From positions 1-31,069 of IMG/VR virus record IMGVR_UViG_3300025108_000233: DNA of 31,069 nucleotides; one strand, written 5' to 3'. The DNA comes from a virus (taxonomy: Duplodnaviria; Caudoviricetes). Both the position numbers and the translations under genes were made by a program. Shown here piece after piece: positions 15,713 to 25,444 of this stretch (its first letter is position 1; every line of letters starts with the position of its first letter). The notes below the pieces were generated by a model. That model ran no database searches, had not been told where the DNA came from, and was given only the letters and a program-made list of their open reading frames with translations.

Positions 15713-17589
15713 GTAAACAAATAGGAATGTTTAAACCAAAATCCGAGTGGGTTCCACCTATGGATTTTCCAAATATCAAAGACGCAGATAAAATAGCAAT
15801 AGATTTAGAGACTAAGGATCCAAACATTATGGCGAAAGGCCCAGGTTGGGCTACTAATGACGGAGAAATAATTGGTGTTGCCATAGCTGTAGACGGTTGG
15901 AAGGGGTATTATCCTATCCGACATGAGACAGGATTTAATCACGATCCACGAGTCGTGTTTGACTGGCTAAATGAAATGCTTTCAGGCGAAGGAGAAAAGA
16001 TAGCTCATAACGCTACCTATGACTTTGGTTGGTTAGAAGCTGAAGGAGTCAAATGGAACGGTCGTATCATTGATACAATGATTGCTGCTCCGTTAATTAA
16101 TGAAAACAAATTTAGTTATTCTTTGAATGCAGTATCAAAAGAGTATTTAGCTGAAAGTAAAAACGAATTTCTTTTAAATGAAACAGCAGCACAATGGGGT
16201 GTTAATCCTAAAAGCGAAATGTTTAAAATACCTTCTCAATATGTAGGAGAATATGCTGAACAAGATGCAGTGCTATCTTTAAAACTTTGGGATAGATTAA
16301 AACCTGAAATAGTTAAACAAGATCTTGAAACAGTTTTTGATTTAGAAACTGACCTTATACCTATTCTTATGAAGATGAGAAAAAAAGGCGTAAGAGTTGA
16401 TTTAGAACAATTAAAGAAAGCTGAAAAAACGTTTATTAAAAAAGAAAACGAGTTAATGAAATTTATTTTCGACAAGACAGAACTCAAATGTGATATATGG
16501 GCTGCTCGTTCTATTGCCACTGTTTTTGATCAATGTAAGATTGAATACCCTAAAACAGATAAAGGTAATCCTAGTTTTACAAAAAGCTTTTTAGAGTTTC
16601 ACCCTCATCCTGTACCCAAGGCAATTGTTCAGGCCAGAAATTTCAACAAGGCACGGACCACGTTCCTTCATACGATAGAAAAATATCAACATAATGGAAG
16701 AATACATGCAAATATTAATCAACTACGAACAGAAAATGGTGGTACGTTGACAGGTCGATTTAGTTATTCTAACCCTAATCTTCAACAAATTCCTGCGAAA
16801 GACGATGCTCAATCAGATATTAAAATCGGTTCCTTAGTTCGAGGATTATTTTTGCCTGAAGAAGGAGAGAAGTGGGGTTCTTTTGACTACTCTCAACAAG
16901 AGCCACGACTCGTGAGCCACTATGCGAATATCGTGAAACTAGAGGGTGCTGAAAAAATTGTGAAAGCTTATAACGAAAATAAAGAAACAGATTTTCATAC
17001 AATCATGGCTGAAATAGGAAATATACCTCGTAAGAGCGCTAAAACCATAAATTTAGGACTATTTTATGGTATGGGTGTAGGAAAATTATCTGATCAATTA
17101 GGTATTGATCCTGAGGAAGGTAAGTCTTTGATTAAACAATATAATGAGAGAGTTCCTTTTGTTCGACAGTTAGCTAATGCAGTCTCTGATCATGCGAATA
17201 AAAGAGGTGCAGTGAAGACTTTCTTAGGTCGAAGATGTCGTTTTGAATTATGGGAGCCAAAAGCATTTGGTTCTTACAAAGCGTATCCTTTGGATAGAGC
17301 TAAAGAAGAGTATGGTGAATATACTCCTTTGAAAAGATCAGGGACATATAAAGCTTTAAATAGGTTGATACAAGGATCAGCGGCTGATCAAACAAAAAAA
17401 GCCATGATTGATTTAGATAAAGAAGGTATCAATCCTATGATTCAAATTCACGATGAACTAGCCATTAGTCTTAATGGTGATCCTGAAGTGGAGAAAAAAG
17501 TTATCGATATTATGGAAAACACGATTGAAATGAGTGTTCCTTCCAAGGTCGATGTAGCAATAGGAAACAATTGGGGAGAAGCAAAATGA
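15709..17589 (+). CDS. polA: Family A DNA polymerase with 3'-5' exonuclease
   Basis: IDLET, HNATYD, YAEQD; TGRFS.SNPNLQQIP; DYSQQEPR (A); RKSAKTINLGLFYG (B); IHDEL (C). Confidence 0.96.
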   Translation: MSKQIGMFKPKSEWVPPMDFPNIKDADKIAIDLETKDPNIMAKGPGWATNDGEIIGVAIAVDGWKGYYPIRHETGFNHDPRVVFDWLNEMLSGEGEKIAHNATYDFGWLEAEGVKWNGRIIDTMIAAPLINENKFSYSLNAVSKEYLAESKNEFLLNETAAQWGVNPKSEMFKIPSQYVGEYAEQDAVLSLKLWDRLKPEIVKQDLETVFDLETDLIPILMKMRKKGVRVDLEQLKKAEKTFIKKENELMKFIFDKTELKCDIWAARSIATVFDQCKIEYPKTDKGNPSFTKSFLEFHPHPVPKAIVQARNFNKARTTFLHTIEKYQHNGRIHANINQLRTENGGTLTGRFSYSNPNLQQIPAKDDAQSDIKIGSLVRGLFLPEEGEKWGSFDYSQQEPRLVSHYANIVKLEGAEKIVKAYNENKETDFHTIMAEIGNIPRKSAKTINLGLFYGMGVGKLSDQLGIDPEEGKSLIKQYNERVPFVRQLANAVSDHANKRGAVKTFLGRRCRFELWEPKAFGSYKAYPLDRAKEEYGEYTPLKRSGTYKALNRLIQGSAADQTKKAMIDLDKEGINPMIQIHDELAISLNGDPEVEKKVIDIMENTIEMSVPSKVDVAIGNNWGEAK

Positions 17590-17816
17590 GAATAATGTAT
17601 CAAAACGGAGAACTTAAACTTAGCTTAACAAAACAAGAAATAAAACACATTGTAGATAACACAGGTAGTCCAGTGACTATGGATATTAAAATGTTGAAAG
17701 TGTTACATGAGGATATATCTGATTGTGTCAAAGCACACTGGTCTAATATAGAAGTGTGGGAAGCTATAGAAGAACACCTAGCGTCTCAAAAAAGCATAAG
17801 TAAAAAAGAAAAATAA
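17586..17816 (+). CDS. Hypothetical protein
   Basis: GGGGAG SD; ATGA overlap with the polymerase. Confidence 0.65.
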   Translation: MRIMYQNGELKLSLTKQEIKHIVDNTGSPVTMDIKMLKVLHEDISDCVKAHWSNIEVWEAIEEHLASQKSISKKEK

Positions 17817-17854
17817 GTATTATATTCTCCTCGAAATAAACCAAGGAGATAATA

Positions 17855-18031
17855 ATGTTTAACCTAACTAATAAAGCCAAGAATCATTTTTTAAACTTCT
17901 TTAAGCAAGAAGATAAAGATGAATCCATCAAAGAATTTTGTCAATCAGAGTACAAAAAAGATTGGTACGCAGCTTACAGATTTTATAAAGAAGAAGGTCA
18001 GTTCCCTAATTTTATTAGAAGAACTCTTTAA
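17855..18031 (+). CDS. Hypothetical protein (58 aa, MFNLTNKAKNHF...)
   Basis: AAGGAG SD; converges on the lysozyme stop. Confidence 0.65.
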   Translation: MFNLTNKAKNHFLNFFKQEDKDESIKEFCQSEYKKDWYAAYRFYKEEGQFPNFIRRTL

Positions 18032-18477
18032 GTATTAGCTACTATTTCAGCTAGATGCTCACATCTGTTGGTGGTTTGCTTATGCCACCTAGAATTTTTC
18101 ATTTCATCCGAAGCTTCTTTCCACTTCTTGTTTCTCATGTTTTTCCACATCTTGGAGAAATTTCGGACACCTTGAGTTCCTAGCTGAAAAACCATTTCCA
18201 CAATAACGTGTTCTATATGAACAGGTAAATCGTGACCAATACATTCCTCAATTAAAGCATCAGCTCCCGCTGCTGCTCTGTTTAAATCTAAATCAAATAG
18301 TTCATCTATTTCTTCTCTAGAAATTTTTTTTCCTTCAGGAAATCTTTCTCTTTCATGTGGTTTAATAAGGTGGCCTATGCCAATCGTGGCTTTTCCTAAA
18401 CTGTCCAAATATACGTGGTCAACAATTCCTTCCGCAGAAGTGACTCTAGCTCTTAATTCATCTGTAATTTCAATCAT
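18028..18477 (-). CDS. Lysozyme (GH24, T4-lysozyme-like endolysin)
   Basis: E-x8-D-x5-T triad (EGIVDHVYLDSLGKAT); MVFQLG; SRW..QT..R. Confidence 0.92.
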   Translation of the reverse strand: MIEITDELRARVTSAEGIVDHVYLDSLGKATIGIGHLIKPHERERFPEGKKISREEIDELFDLDLNRAAAGADALIEECIGHDLPVHIEHVIVEMVFQLGTQGVRNFSKMWKNMRNKKWKEASDEMKNSRWHKQTTNRCEHLAEIVANT

Positions 18478-18563
18478 GATGCACCTATACCCCAATGTTC
18501 TTCATGAGGATCTTTTTCTACCTTTCGTTTAAATATATTTATAATAAATTGAATTAATTTCAT
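18474..18563 (-). CDS. Small peptide (29 aa, MKLIQFIINIFKRKVEKDPHEEHWGIGAS)
   Basis: Abuts the upstream stop and overlaps the lysozyme start (ATGA). Confidence 0.45.
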   Translation of the reverse strand: MKLIQFIINIFKRKVEKDPHEEHWGIGAS

Positions 18564-19601
18564 TTATTTAAGTTTATAACCTAAACCAGAGTATTTGTCT
18601 ACACTTCCTCCATCTTTAAATGTGAAATTTAGTCCACCCTGTACTCCTTCAGGTGTAGCAGAAAGATTGTAATTAACAGGAGTTTGGTTAAACATAAATT
18701 GATCCGAGTAGCCTATTCTATTTGGATTTAATGGATCAAATTGAATTTTGTTTAAGTTATATTTGTTAGCTAGATTTTGTAAATTTTGTAAATTACCAAT
18801 CACATTCTGACCCATGTTACTTGCCATAACACCTGACATATCCATATCACTTACTCTTATGGGATCATAGACTTGTTGATTAAATAAAGGATTATCTAAA
18901 TTAGAATCTCTATCAGGCAAAAAAGGAAAAGCATTATCAAATTCTTCATTTGACATTTGACTAGGGAGAGTTTCCAAAGGTTCTACTAAAATATCATTTC
19001 TAGGAGTTAAGTCTTTAAAAGGTTCTTCTGTGGTAGTAAAAATTGTACTACCACCACCTGTTGTTACGGTAGGCTCTCCTGAGAGATTTTTTCTTAAATT
19101 ATCATACACACCTTTCACAGATTCTATTCCTTGTGTAGTTCCACTTTTAACTCTACTAAAAAGATCAGATAAAACAGACCCAATAGCTCCACCTCTTCCT
19201 ATAAAATCGCTTATACCTCTTCCAATATTACCAAGTCCATATCCAATATCCCCCATAACTTCTCTTGTTGTAGGACCATATTGTTGAACTAGTCTTTGTC
19301 TTTCTTCAGTTAAACTTCTTGGAGCGTCTAGCTTCATTTGAGTAACACCTGAAACACGACTTCCTGTATCTGTATAAACAGGTTTTGTGTATAGGTTTTT
19401 GAATCGCTGAAGTTCATCAGCTTGCTTCATTCTTCTAGTTGCTCTGTCGTCAGAGACATCTGGTCTGTTGGAAAAGAATTCTTTACGACCTCTAGCAGCG
19501 TCTAAATCTCTAGCAATATCTGCTCTACTTGTTCTAGCTCTACTAGCCTTAGCTTTTAGTTGTGCAGTTTTACTAGTTGGTGTTCTTCCTGGAGGAGCCA
19601 T
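18564..19601 (-). CDS. Putative internal virion protein
   Basis: Late operon position; basic N-terminus; FKDGGSV tail. Confidence 0.55.
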   Translation of the reverse strand: MAPPGRTPTSKTAQLKAKASRARTSRADIARDLDAARGRKEFFSNRPDVSDDRATRRMKQADELQRFKNLYTKPVYTDTGSRVSGVTQMKLDAPRSLTEERQRLVQQYGPTTREVMGDIGYGLGNIGRGISDFIGRGGAIGSVLSDLFSRVKSGTTQGIESVKGVYDNLRKNLSGEPTVTTGGGSTIFTTTEEPFKDLTPRNDILVEPLETLPSQMSNEEFDNAFPFLPDRDSNLDNPLFNQQVYDPIRVSDMDMSGVMASNMGQNVIGNLQNLQNLANKYNLNKIQFDPLNPNRIGYSDQFMFNQTPVNYNLSATPEGVQGGLNFTFKDGGSVDKYSGLGYKLK

Positions 19602-22168
19602 TATGCTACCACCTGTGGTTTTTTAAATTTTTTAGAATCATAGAGATCCACGATACCACCCTCTGCTGCATTGAACAAAGGTAATCCAACAGATTCTAAG
19701 CCAGCCATAGTTTGTGGATTTATTCCATCAATAGAAGCTACATCCATTTGAGGCATTTCAATAGGATCAATAACATCAACACCTGTATCTCCTCTGCTAA
19801 CCTGAGGTTCTGAAAAGGTGACTGTGCCTCCACTTGGTGGAGCAGTGCTTGGTAAAGTATCTTCTTTGCTTTCTTCTATATTGTTAAGTTCATCTAAGAA
19901 TATGTTTGAGTCTCCTTGAAAGATATCGACTTCTTTAATTATTTGATCTAATTGATCAGTCTTACTTGGATCTTTTTCGAATAACTGAATATTGTCTAAT
20001 AAAGTATCTATTTTGTTTTGTGCATCTTCTAATACATCTGGATTAAAACTAGGATCTAAAGCTTGTAATTCCGTGTTAATAGCAGAGTCCCTCCCTCTTT
20101 GTTCTAAATCTGCTGATAATGCCCTAAAAAATTGTACATATGCGGTCTTTCTTTGTATAGCAGGTAAAGTTGAGTCAAACCCTTGAATAGCAAATTTTAA
20201 TGTTTCAGGACTTGTTAAAAAGTTAGAAAAGCTTCTAACACCTATAAGAGATCCTACAACTCCTAAAGGACCACCAAGAACTACTTTAGCAATTCTAGCA
20301 AATGGGTTGTTAGTAATGGCTCTTGCTCCACCCATACCACCAATAGCGATACTTCTTCTCAAGAAAGTTCCTGTTGCTGGTATATTAATATTTTGTTGTC
20401 TCGTTAACATCTCAATTAAATCACCAACATAATTACTAGGTAATCTTTGAGATTTAGGAAGGGACTCGTTTACCAAATCTACCAATTGATTAAAAGCCTT
20501 ACCTTTTACCTTACCTCCTGAGCCATCCAATCCTAGTTTCTTTAACAATGTTCCTGTGTCTAAGACATCCATTCCTGATTCTTTAATGTTTTTTGTTGAA
20601 GCAGCAAAAGCGTCATCAAACCAAGTTCTTACTAATTCGCCTGCTAATTTTCTATCACCACCAGTTATTCGAACTAAATCATCAACTGCTGAAGGAGACA
20701 TTCTTCGAAGTAAAGGAGCAACTAAATCATCAACATATTTTTTTGACTCTCCTTTAAATTTACCACTCAAAGCAGTAAAAATATCATCTACTTTTTCAAT
20801 TTCTCCAGCCACCACTCTTTCAAAAGGTTCTCTAGCTGTCGTGTATATTTGTCTGAAATCTTGAATTTGTTGTATGTAATTTTTGACTATAACTTGATCT
20901 TCTTTTGAAAACTTAGCTAAAAAATCATCAGCATTAGCGTTATCTAACAATTTTCTCATTTCATCAAATGATGCACCTAATTTTTGTTTTGAAGTTCCTG
21001 GTTTTCCTTTAGAATTTTTCACTGCATTTTCTAACTGTTCCATTACAGCTTTCCAACCTGTGTAATTTATTCTAGCGTTTTCAGGATATAGTTTTACAAA
21101 TCTTTTAGCAAAATTATAAAATTCACTGTAGCCTGGATCAGTCGTTTTAGATACATTTTTACCATATGTTTTTTCAAAATCATCAATATACTCTGTTAAA
21201 AAATTTCTCATGTTATTAACAGGAATTACCTTCCCTTTGTTAGGAACTAATTTTTCTGTTTTGACTATTTCATCACTAATTCTACCCATGGTTTTTTTAA
21301 AAGTACCGTAGGCTTTGTTTGATTGTTCAAAAATATTTCTTGCAAGGGTATCGTCATCCAATCCTTTACCCATTTTATTAGAAAAGTCTCCTAATAAATC
21401 AAATAGTTTTGCTGATCGCTCTGCTGTTGCACCTTTTAACTTAGTTCCTAAAAATGGAATCTGAGCAAAACCCATTCTAGCAACATTTATGAATTTACCT
21501 GTTAAGGTTTTATTATCCAAATCTCCTATAGTAAAAGCTAGTTTATCTCCTAAATATTCTTTTGATTTTTGAAAAGCTTCTTTAAGATTTTTATCTTTTA
21601 ATACACCACTAGATAAGGAAACTCTAAAAGCTTGAATAGCAGCCTCAGCCATAGGACCTACTGCAGCCCAAGTTAAACCTGTTTTAATGTCTTCAGGCAA
21701 CACTTCTAATTGCTCCCAAAGACTCATTTCTTCCCCTGTAGATTGACTTTGTATTATATCAAAAGCTTGAGCACCTGCCGTGGATCCTAAAGCATCATAC
21801 AGAATTAAAGATAGTACTTTACCTGGGACACTAGGAACATAAGGAAGAGCTTTTAATGTTAAGGCTTTTGTTCCTACTGCTAAACCTGAGATACCACCTA
21901 CAGCTTCAAATGTTTCTCTATTTAGTCCATACTTTTCCATACCTTCTCTTTGTGAAAAAATCTTCTCTAAGCTCTTAGGATCTAATAATCCTCCTTCATA
22001 GGCTTCAGGATCTTGAAGAGCTATATTTGGTTTTGTTAATGATCTTAATAATTCTGAAAAAATATTAGGAGTCTTTGTTGTTTCAAACTCTTGTAACTCT
22101 TCTATTCTTTCATCTTTTTTCTTTTGAAGATCGTCTAGCTCTTCTAAAAAAACATTTTTATCGACCAT
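19601..22168 (-). CDS. Large putative internal virion (DNA ejection) protein
   Basis: 855 aa, predicted helical, with Gly/Ala-rich hydrophobic segments; position in the late module. Confidence 0.65.
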   Translation of the reverse strand: MVDKNVFLEELDDLQKKKDERIEELQEFETTKTPNIFSELLRSLTKPNIALQDPEAYEGGLLDPKSLEKIFSQREGMEKYGLNRETFEAVGGISGLAVGTKALTLKALPYVPSVPGKVLSLILYDALGSTAGAQAFDIIQSQSTGEEMSLWEQLEVLPEDIKTGLTWAAVGPMAEAAIQAFRVSLSSGVLKDKNLKEAFQKSKEYLGDKLAFTIGDLDNKTLTGKFINVARMGFAQIPFLGTKLKGATAERSAKLFDLLGDFSNKMGKGLDDDTLARNIFEQSNKAYGTFKKTMGRISDEIVKTEKLVPNKGKVIPVNNMRNFLTEYIDDFEKTYGKNVSKTTDPGYSEFYNFAKRFVKLYPENARINYTGWKAVMEQLENAVKNSKGKPGTSKQKLGASFDEMRKLLDNANADDFLAKFSKEDQVIVKNYIQQIQDFRQIYTTAREPFERVVAGEIEKVDDIFTALSGKFKGESKKYVDDLVAPLLRRMSPSAVDDLVRITGGDRKLAGELVRTWFDDAFAASTKNIKESGMDVLDTGTLLKKLGLDGSGGKVKGKAFNQLVDLVNESLPKSQRLPSNYVGDLIEMLTRQQNINIPATGTFLRRSIAIGGMGGARAITNNPFARIAKVVLGGPLGVVGSLIGVRSFSNFLTSPETLKFAIQGFDSTLPAIQRKTAYVQFFRALSADLEQRGRDSAINTELQALDPSFNPDVLEDAQNKIDTLLDNIQLFEKDPSKTDQLDQIIKEVDIFQGDSNIFLDELNNIEESKEDTLPSTAPPSGGTVTFSEPQVSRGDTGVDVIDPIEMPQMDVASIDGINPQTMAGLESVGLPLFNAAEGGIVDLYDSKKFKKPQVVA

Positions 22169-22169
22169 T

Positions 22170-24545
22170 TTATCGACCTGACTGTTGTTTAAGTTTTTCT
22201 AATAAAGAATCTAATATTTGTGACTCAGACTCAGGCACTTGCTCTATTGCACTTAAAGCTTGTTTTACTAAATCATCATCTTTTGTTAAATTAAATTGTT
22301 GTAAAATTTGATCTATTTTAGATCCATAAGGAATTTTTCCTCTTCCAATGGCTTCTCTCATCATATTAGCTCCGTCTCTTACATCTGATAAAATACCTTT
22401 TAAGGTATTAATTGCTCTGGTAGCATCACTAAATCCTGAAATGTTTAACTTACCTCTTTGATCAGCAATTCTATTCATCGCTGGAATACGAGTGGAAGAA
22501 ATATCTTTTTGAAAGTTTATAAGTTTTTCAGGTATCAATTGTTCTAGAGTTGATAATCTTTGAATAGATGGATCAGATAAAAATTCAGTAACACGTGAGG
22601 GAATAGGAGTTGTTCCACCAAATACCTCAAACAATTGATTTATAGGTAAAACTCCTTTTTGTGCTACCTGTATCGCATCACCCACTAAACCTGCTAGTTT
22701 AGGATTGGTTTCAATCAATCCAATAGACTCTTCTAATAAATCTTCTAGTTCTTGACTTAAAATAATTCTGTTTTGATATTTGGTAATTGTGTTCTTGTCT
22801 TTAATAAGCTCCATACCACCTTGACCAGATTGTTGTTCAAAAGGAACGCCCATATCTCCACTTTCAATACCTTCCATGGCTTCCTCATAAGTTAAACTTC
22901 CACCACTTTTTTCACCACTTTGAGTGCTTCCTGTTGATCTTTTTACTATTTCACCACCGTCTTTATTTCCCTCTACAGATGTGGTTGTAAAAGTTTGTTC
23001 AACTAAAGGCTGTTGCGCTGTAGCTGAAACAGGGACAAATCCACCATCTAATAAGTCTGCTATTTTTCTAGCATCTCTTACTTGGTCTAAAACGATGACC
23101 CTACCTGAGTTTGGGTCTCTAAGATACGTTGGTTTTTCCATGCCCTTTGACTGTTCAAAAAGCATTTTTAATTGATTCTCTAACCCTAGTTTAGCTAGAT
23201 TAAATTCTCTCTCTGACATTGAAGCTTTTTTGGATAATAAAGATTTATAAGCTTGCATTGCAATTGCCTTATCTTGAGCTTTCACTGCTCCTGTTATTTT
23301 ATAAATATCTCCTGCTGTTTGTTTTAAAACTTCATTGATATCTGCTCCAGTGGCAATATCTAAGCCTCTTTGAATTCCTGTCAAAGCTAAAGCTCTTTTT
23401 GCCTCTTCTTTACCGTCTCCTGTAACTTGTCTTAATAGATTAATTTCACTTTGAAGAGTTTCTGCATCCATTTTTACTGGAGTCACATATTCTTTCATAA
23501 AATCAGAAATTAAAGCACTAGACATATCAGTGTAACTAGGAGTAGGAGCAGAAGTAGTATTCATTGTTCTTGGAAGAAAACTAGGATCACCTTGAAGGCT
23601 AGTAGAAGGTATGTTTCTATAATTAAAAGGTGCATCAACAATTAACCCTGTGTTAGCTCTTACAATTCCCATATTTTGTGGATTAGCTAATTGATCAGAA
23701 GCCATTGGCATCGGTCCTTGGGCCATCATTTCTTGTCCTTGAGGAGCGTTAGCAATACCTTGCTGTTTTTGTTCTTGTAATTCAAACACTGGTTGCACTA
23801 AAGCTAATACAGATAAAGGAGTATCAGTAGCATCTTTTTCACCAACAACGCCTGCTAGTTCTTGAACTCTACCATCCATAGGAACTTCATCACCACGAAT
23901 CTCATTCATTAATTCAACATATTGATCAGGAGAAACCTTAGCGATACCTTCTTGAGACGGATCACGATCCGCGATCATCGGTTCTTCTTGATCTAATCCA
24001 TCAGCAATGCCAACAGCATCAGATTTCATTTCACCACCCTCAGCTTTGCCAAATATAATTCTTCCTTTAATAGTTTTTAAATAGTCGTCTTGTTGATCAC
24101 TACCCATATTCATAAATGCACCAAGGTCAAAATCAGTAGACCCTGTTATCATTTCAAAAACTGTGTTTAATAATTGAGGATTAGTCATCGCATCATCAAG
24201 ATTAATTTTATAAGACTTGTCAGGAACTTCTCTATTTAAACTTGAATTATCAATAACTCCTAATTTATCTAAAATATTAAATTGTAAAAAAGAAGGAACA
24301 GACATTTCACCTGTATCAGGAGACCCTGTTTGTCTCATTGCTATAGGACTAGATTGAACTTGTTGTTCAGACATAAATTTTTGATATAGCTGACCTATAA
24401 TCTGATCTCTATTAGGGTCTTGCATTAAGGCTTGTAATTGTTCAGGAGACAAGGCTGTTTGTAAATATTGCATAAAAGCCTGTTCACCACCCATAGGGCT
24501 TCCCTGTTGCCTAAACAAAGGTCGTTGCATAACTTGATTCATCAT
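22170..24545 (-). CDS. Putative internal virion protein
   Basis: 791 aa, Q/M-rich, with repeated R..GS and .EGGE motifs. Confidence 0.6.
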   Translation of the reverse strand: MMNQVMQRPLFRQQGSPMGGEQAFMQYLQTALSPEQLQALMQDPNRDQIIGQLYQKFMSEQQVQSSPIAMRQTGSPDTGEMSVPSFLQFNILDKLGVIDNSSLNREVPDKSYKINLDDAMTNPQLLNTVFEMITGSTDFDLGAFMNMGSDQQDDYLKTIKGRIIFGKAEGGEMKSDAVGIADGLDQEEPMIADRDPSQEGIAKVSPDQYVELMNEIRGDEVPMDGRVQELAGVVGEKDATDTPLSVLALVQPVFELQEQKQQGIANAPQGQEMMAQGPMPMASDQLANPQNMGIVRANTGLIVDAPFNYRNIPSTSLQGDPSFLPRTMNTTSAPTPSYTDMSSALISDFMKEYVTPVKMDAETLQSEINLLRQVTGDGKEEAKRALALTGIQRGLDIATGADINEVLKQTAGDIYKITGAVKAQDKAIAMQAYKSLLSKKASMSEREFNLAKLGLENQLKMLFEQSKGMEKPTYLRDPNSGRVIVLDQVRDARKIADLLDGGFVPVSATAQQPLVEQTFTTTSVEGNKDGGEIVKRSTGSTQSGEKSGGSLTYEEAMEGIESGDMGVPFEQQSGQGGMELIKDKNTITKYQNRIILSQELEDLLEESIGLIETNPKLAGLVGDAIQVAQKGVLPINQLFEVFGGTTPIPSRVTEFLSDPSIQRLSTLEQLIPEKLINFQKDISSTRIPAMNRIADQRGKLNISGFSDATRAINTLKGILSDVRDGANMMREAIGRGKIPYGSKIDQILQQFNLTKDDDLVKQALSAIEQVPESESQILDSLLEKLKQQSGR

Positions 24546-25444
24546 TAAAACAATCCTCCACTTTGCATTCCACCTAAAGCGCTAAGACCTGCAATACCAT
24601 AACCTGCAATTTGTTGAAGAGGAGAGACTGAAGAACCTGTGGGAGCAGTCGATGTTTGAATTGTTTGTTGTGATGTTGGTGCTCCCTGATAAATATCAGA
24701 TAAGAAACCTACTCTTTTATACGGTTCATACATTTGTTGTAATTGATTTTGTCTTTGAGCCTCTAACTCTGATTGAGTTTGTTGTTGCCCTAAAGAACCC
24801 AACCCTAATAAAGTGTTAATATCTTGGCCACCTAATTGTTGTCCTGTTGCTCCTAATTGAGCTTGTTGTCCTGCAAATGTTCCATACTGAGGAGCGAGTG
24901 CACCAAGACCTGCTGCTGAGCTTTGTTGTCTTTGACCTAATTGTTGTTGTGCATTTAAAAATGCTTGAGCTTGAGATTGAGCTAACGCTGACGCACGATT
25001 ACGCTCTAATTCTGCTTGTGCAACTCCTTCTCTTCCACCTCCAAAAGCACCTGCTTGAATTGCTTGTGCTGCTTGACCTTGTTGAGCTATGTTATATGCA
25101 CGATTAATTTCATCTTGAATTGATTGTTGATAAGGATTCATAAAAGGTTGAATCTGTTCCATAGTTGGAGCTGTACCAATATCTGTGTAAGCTTGTGCTG
25201 CTTGACCTAATGTTCCAAGGCCCGCGGCCTGTGATTGAAGAGCAGAGGTCAAAAAAGGTTGATAACTACCTATACCTTGTTGACCTAATTGAATAGCTTG
25301 TAATTGTTCAGGAGTTAATCCTGCTATTTGTTGCTCAGGTAATGTTAAAGGCTTGTCTGCTAAAGATTTTGCAGTGTCTAAAAGACCCAGTTTCCTAGCT
25401 TCTATTTCAGGTGCTTCTCTTACTATTTGTTCTGTTGTTTCCAT
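24545..25444 (-). CDS. Gln/Gly/Ala-rich DNA ejection (pilot-type) protein
   Basis: FMNPYQQ, GAFGGGR, Q-rich helices and a Gly-rich hydrophobic C-terminus. Confidence 0.65.
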   Translation of the reverse strand: METTEQIVREAPEIEARKLGLLDTAKSLADKPLTLPEQQIAGLTPEQLQAIQLGQQGIGSYQPFLTSALQSQAAGLGTLGQAAQAYTDIGTAPTMEQIQPFMNPYQQSIQDEINRAYNIAQQGQAAQAIQAGAFGGGREGVAQAELERNRASALAQSQAQAFLNAQQQLGQRQQSSAAGLGALAPQYGTFAGQQAQLGATGQQLGGQDINTLLGLGSLGQQQTQSELEAQRQNQLQQMYEPYKRVGFLSDIYQGAPTSQQTIQTSTAPTGSSVSPLQQIAGYGIAGLSALGGMQSGGLF

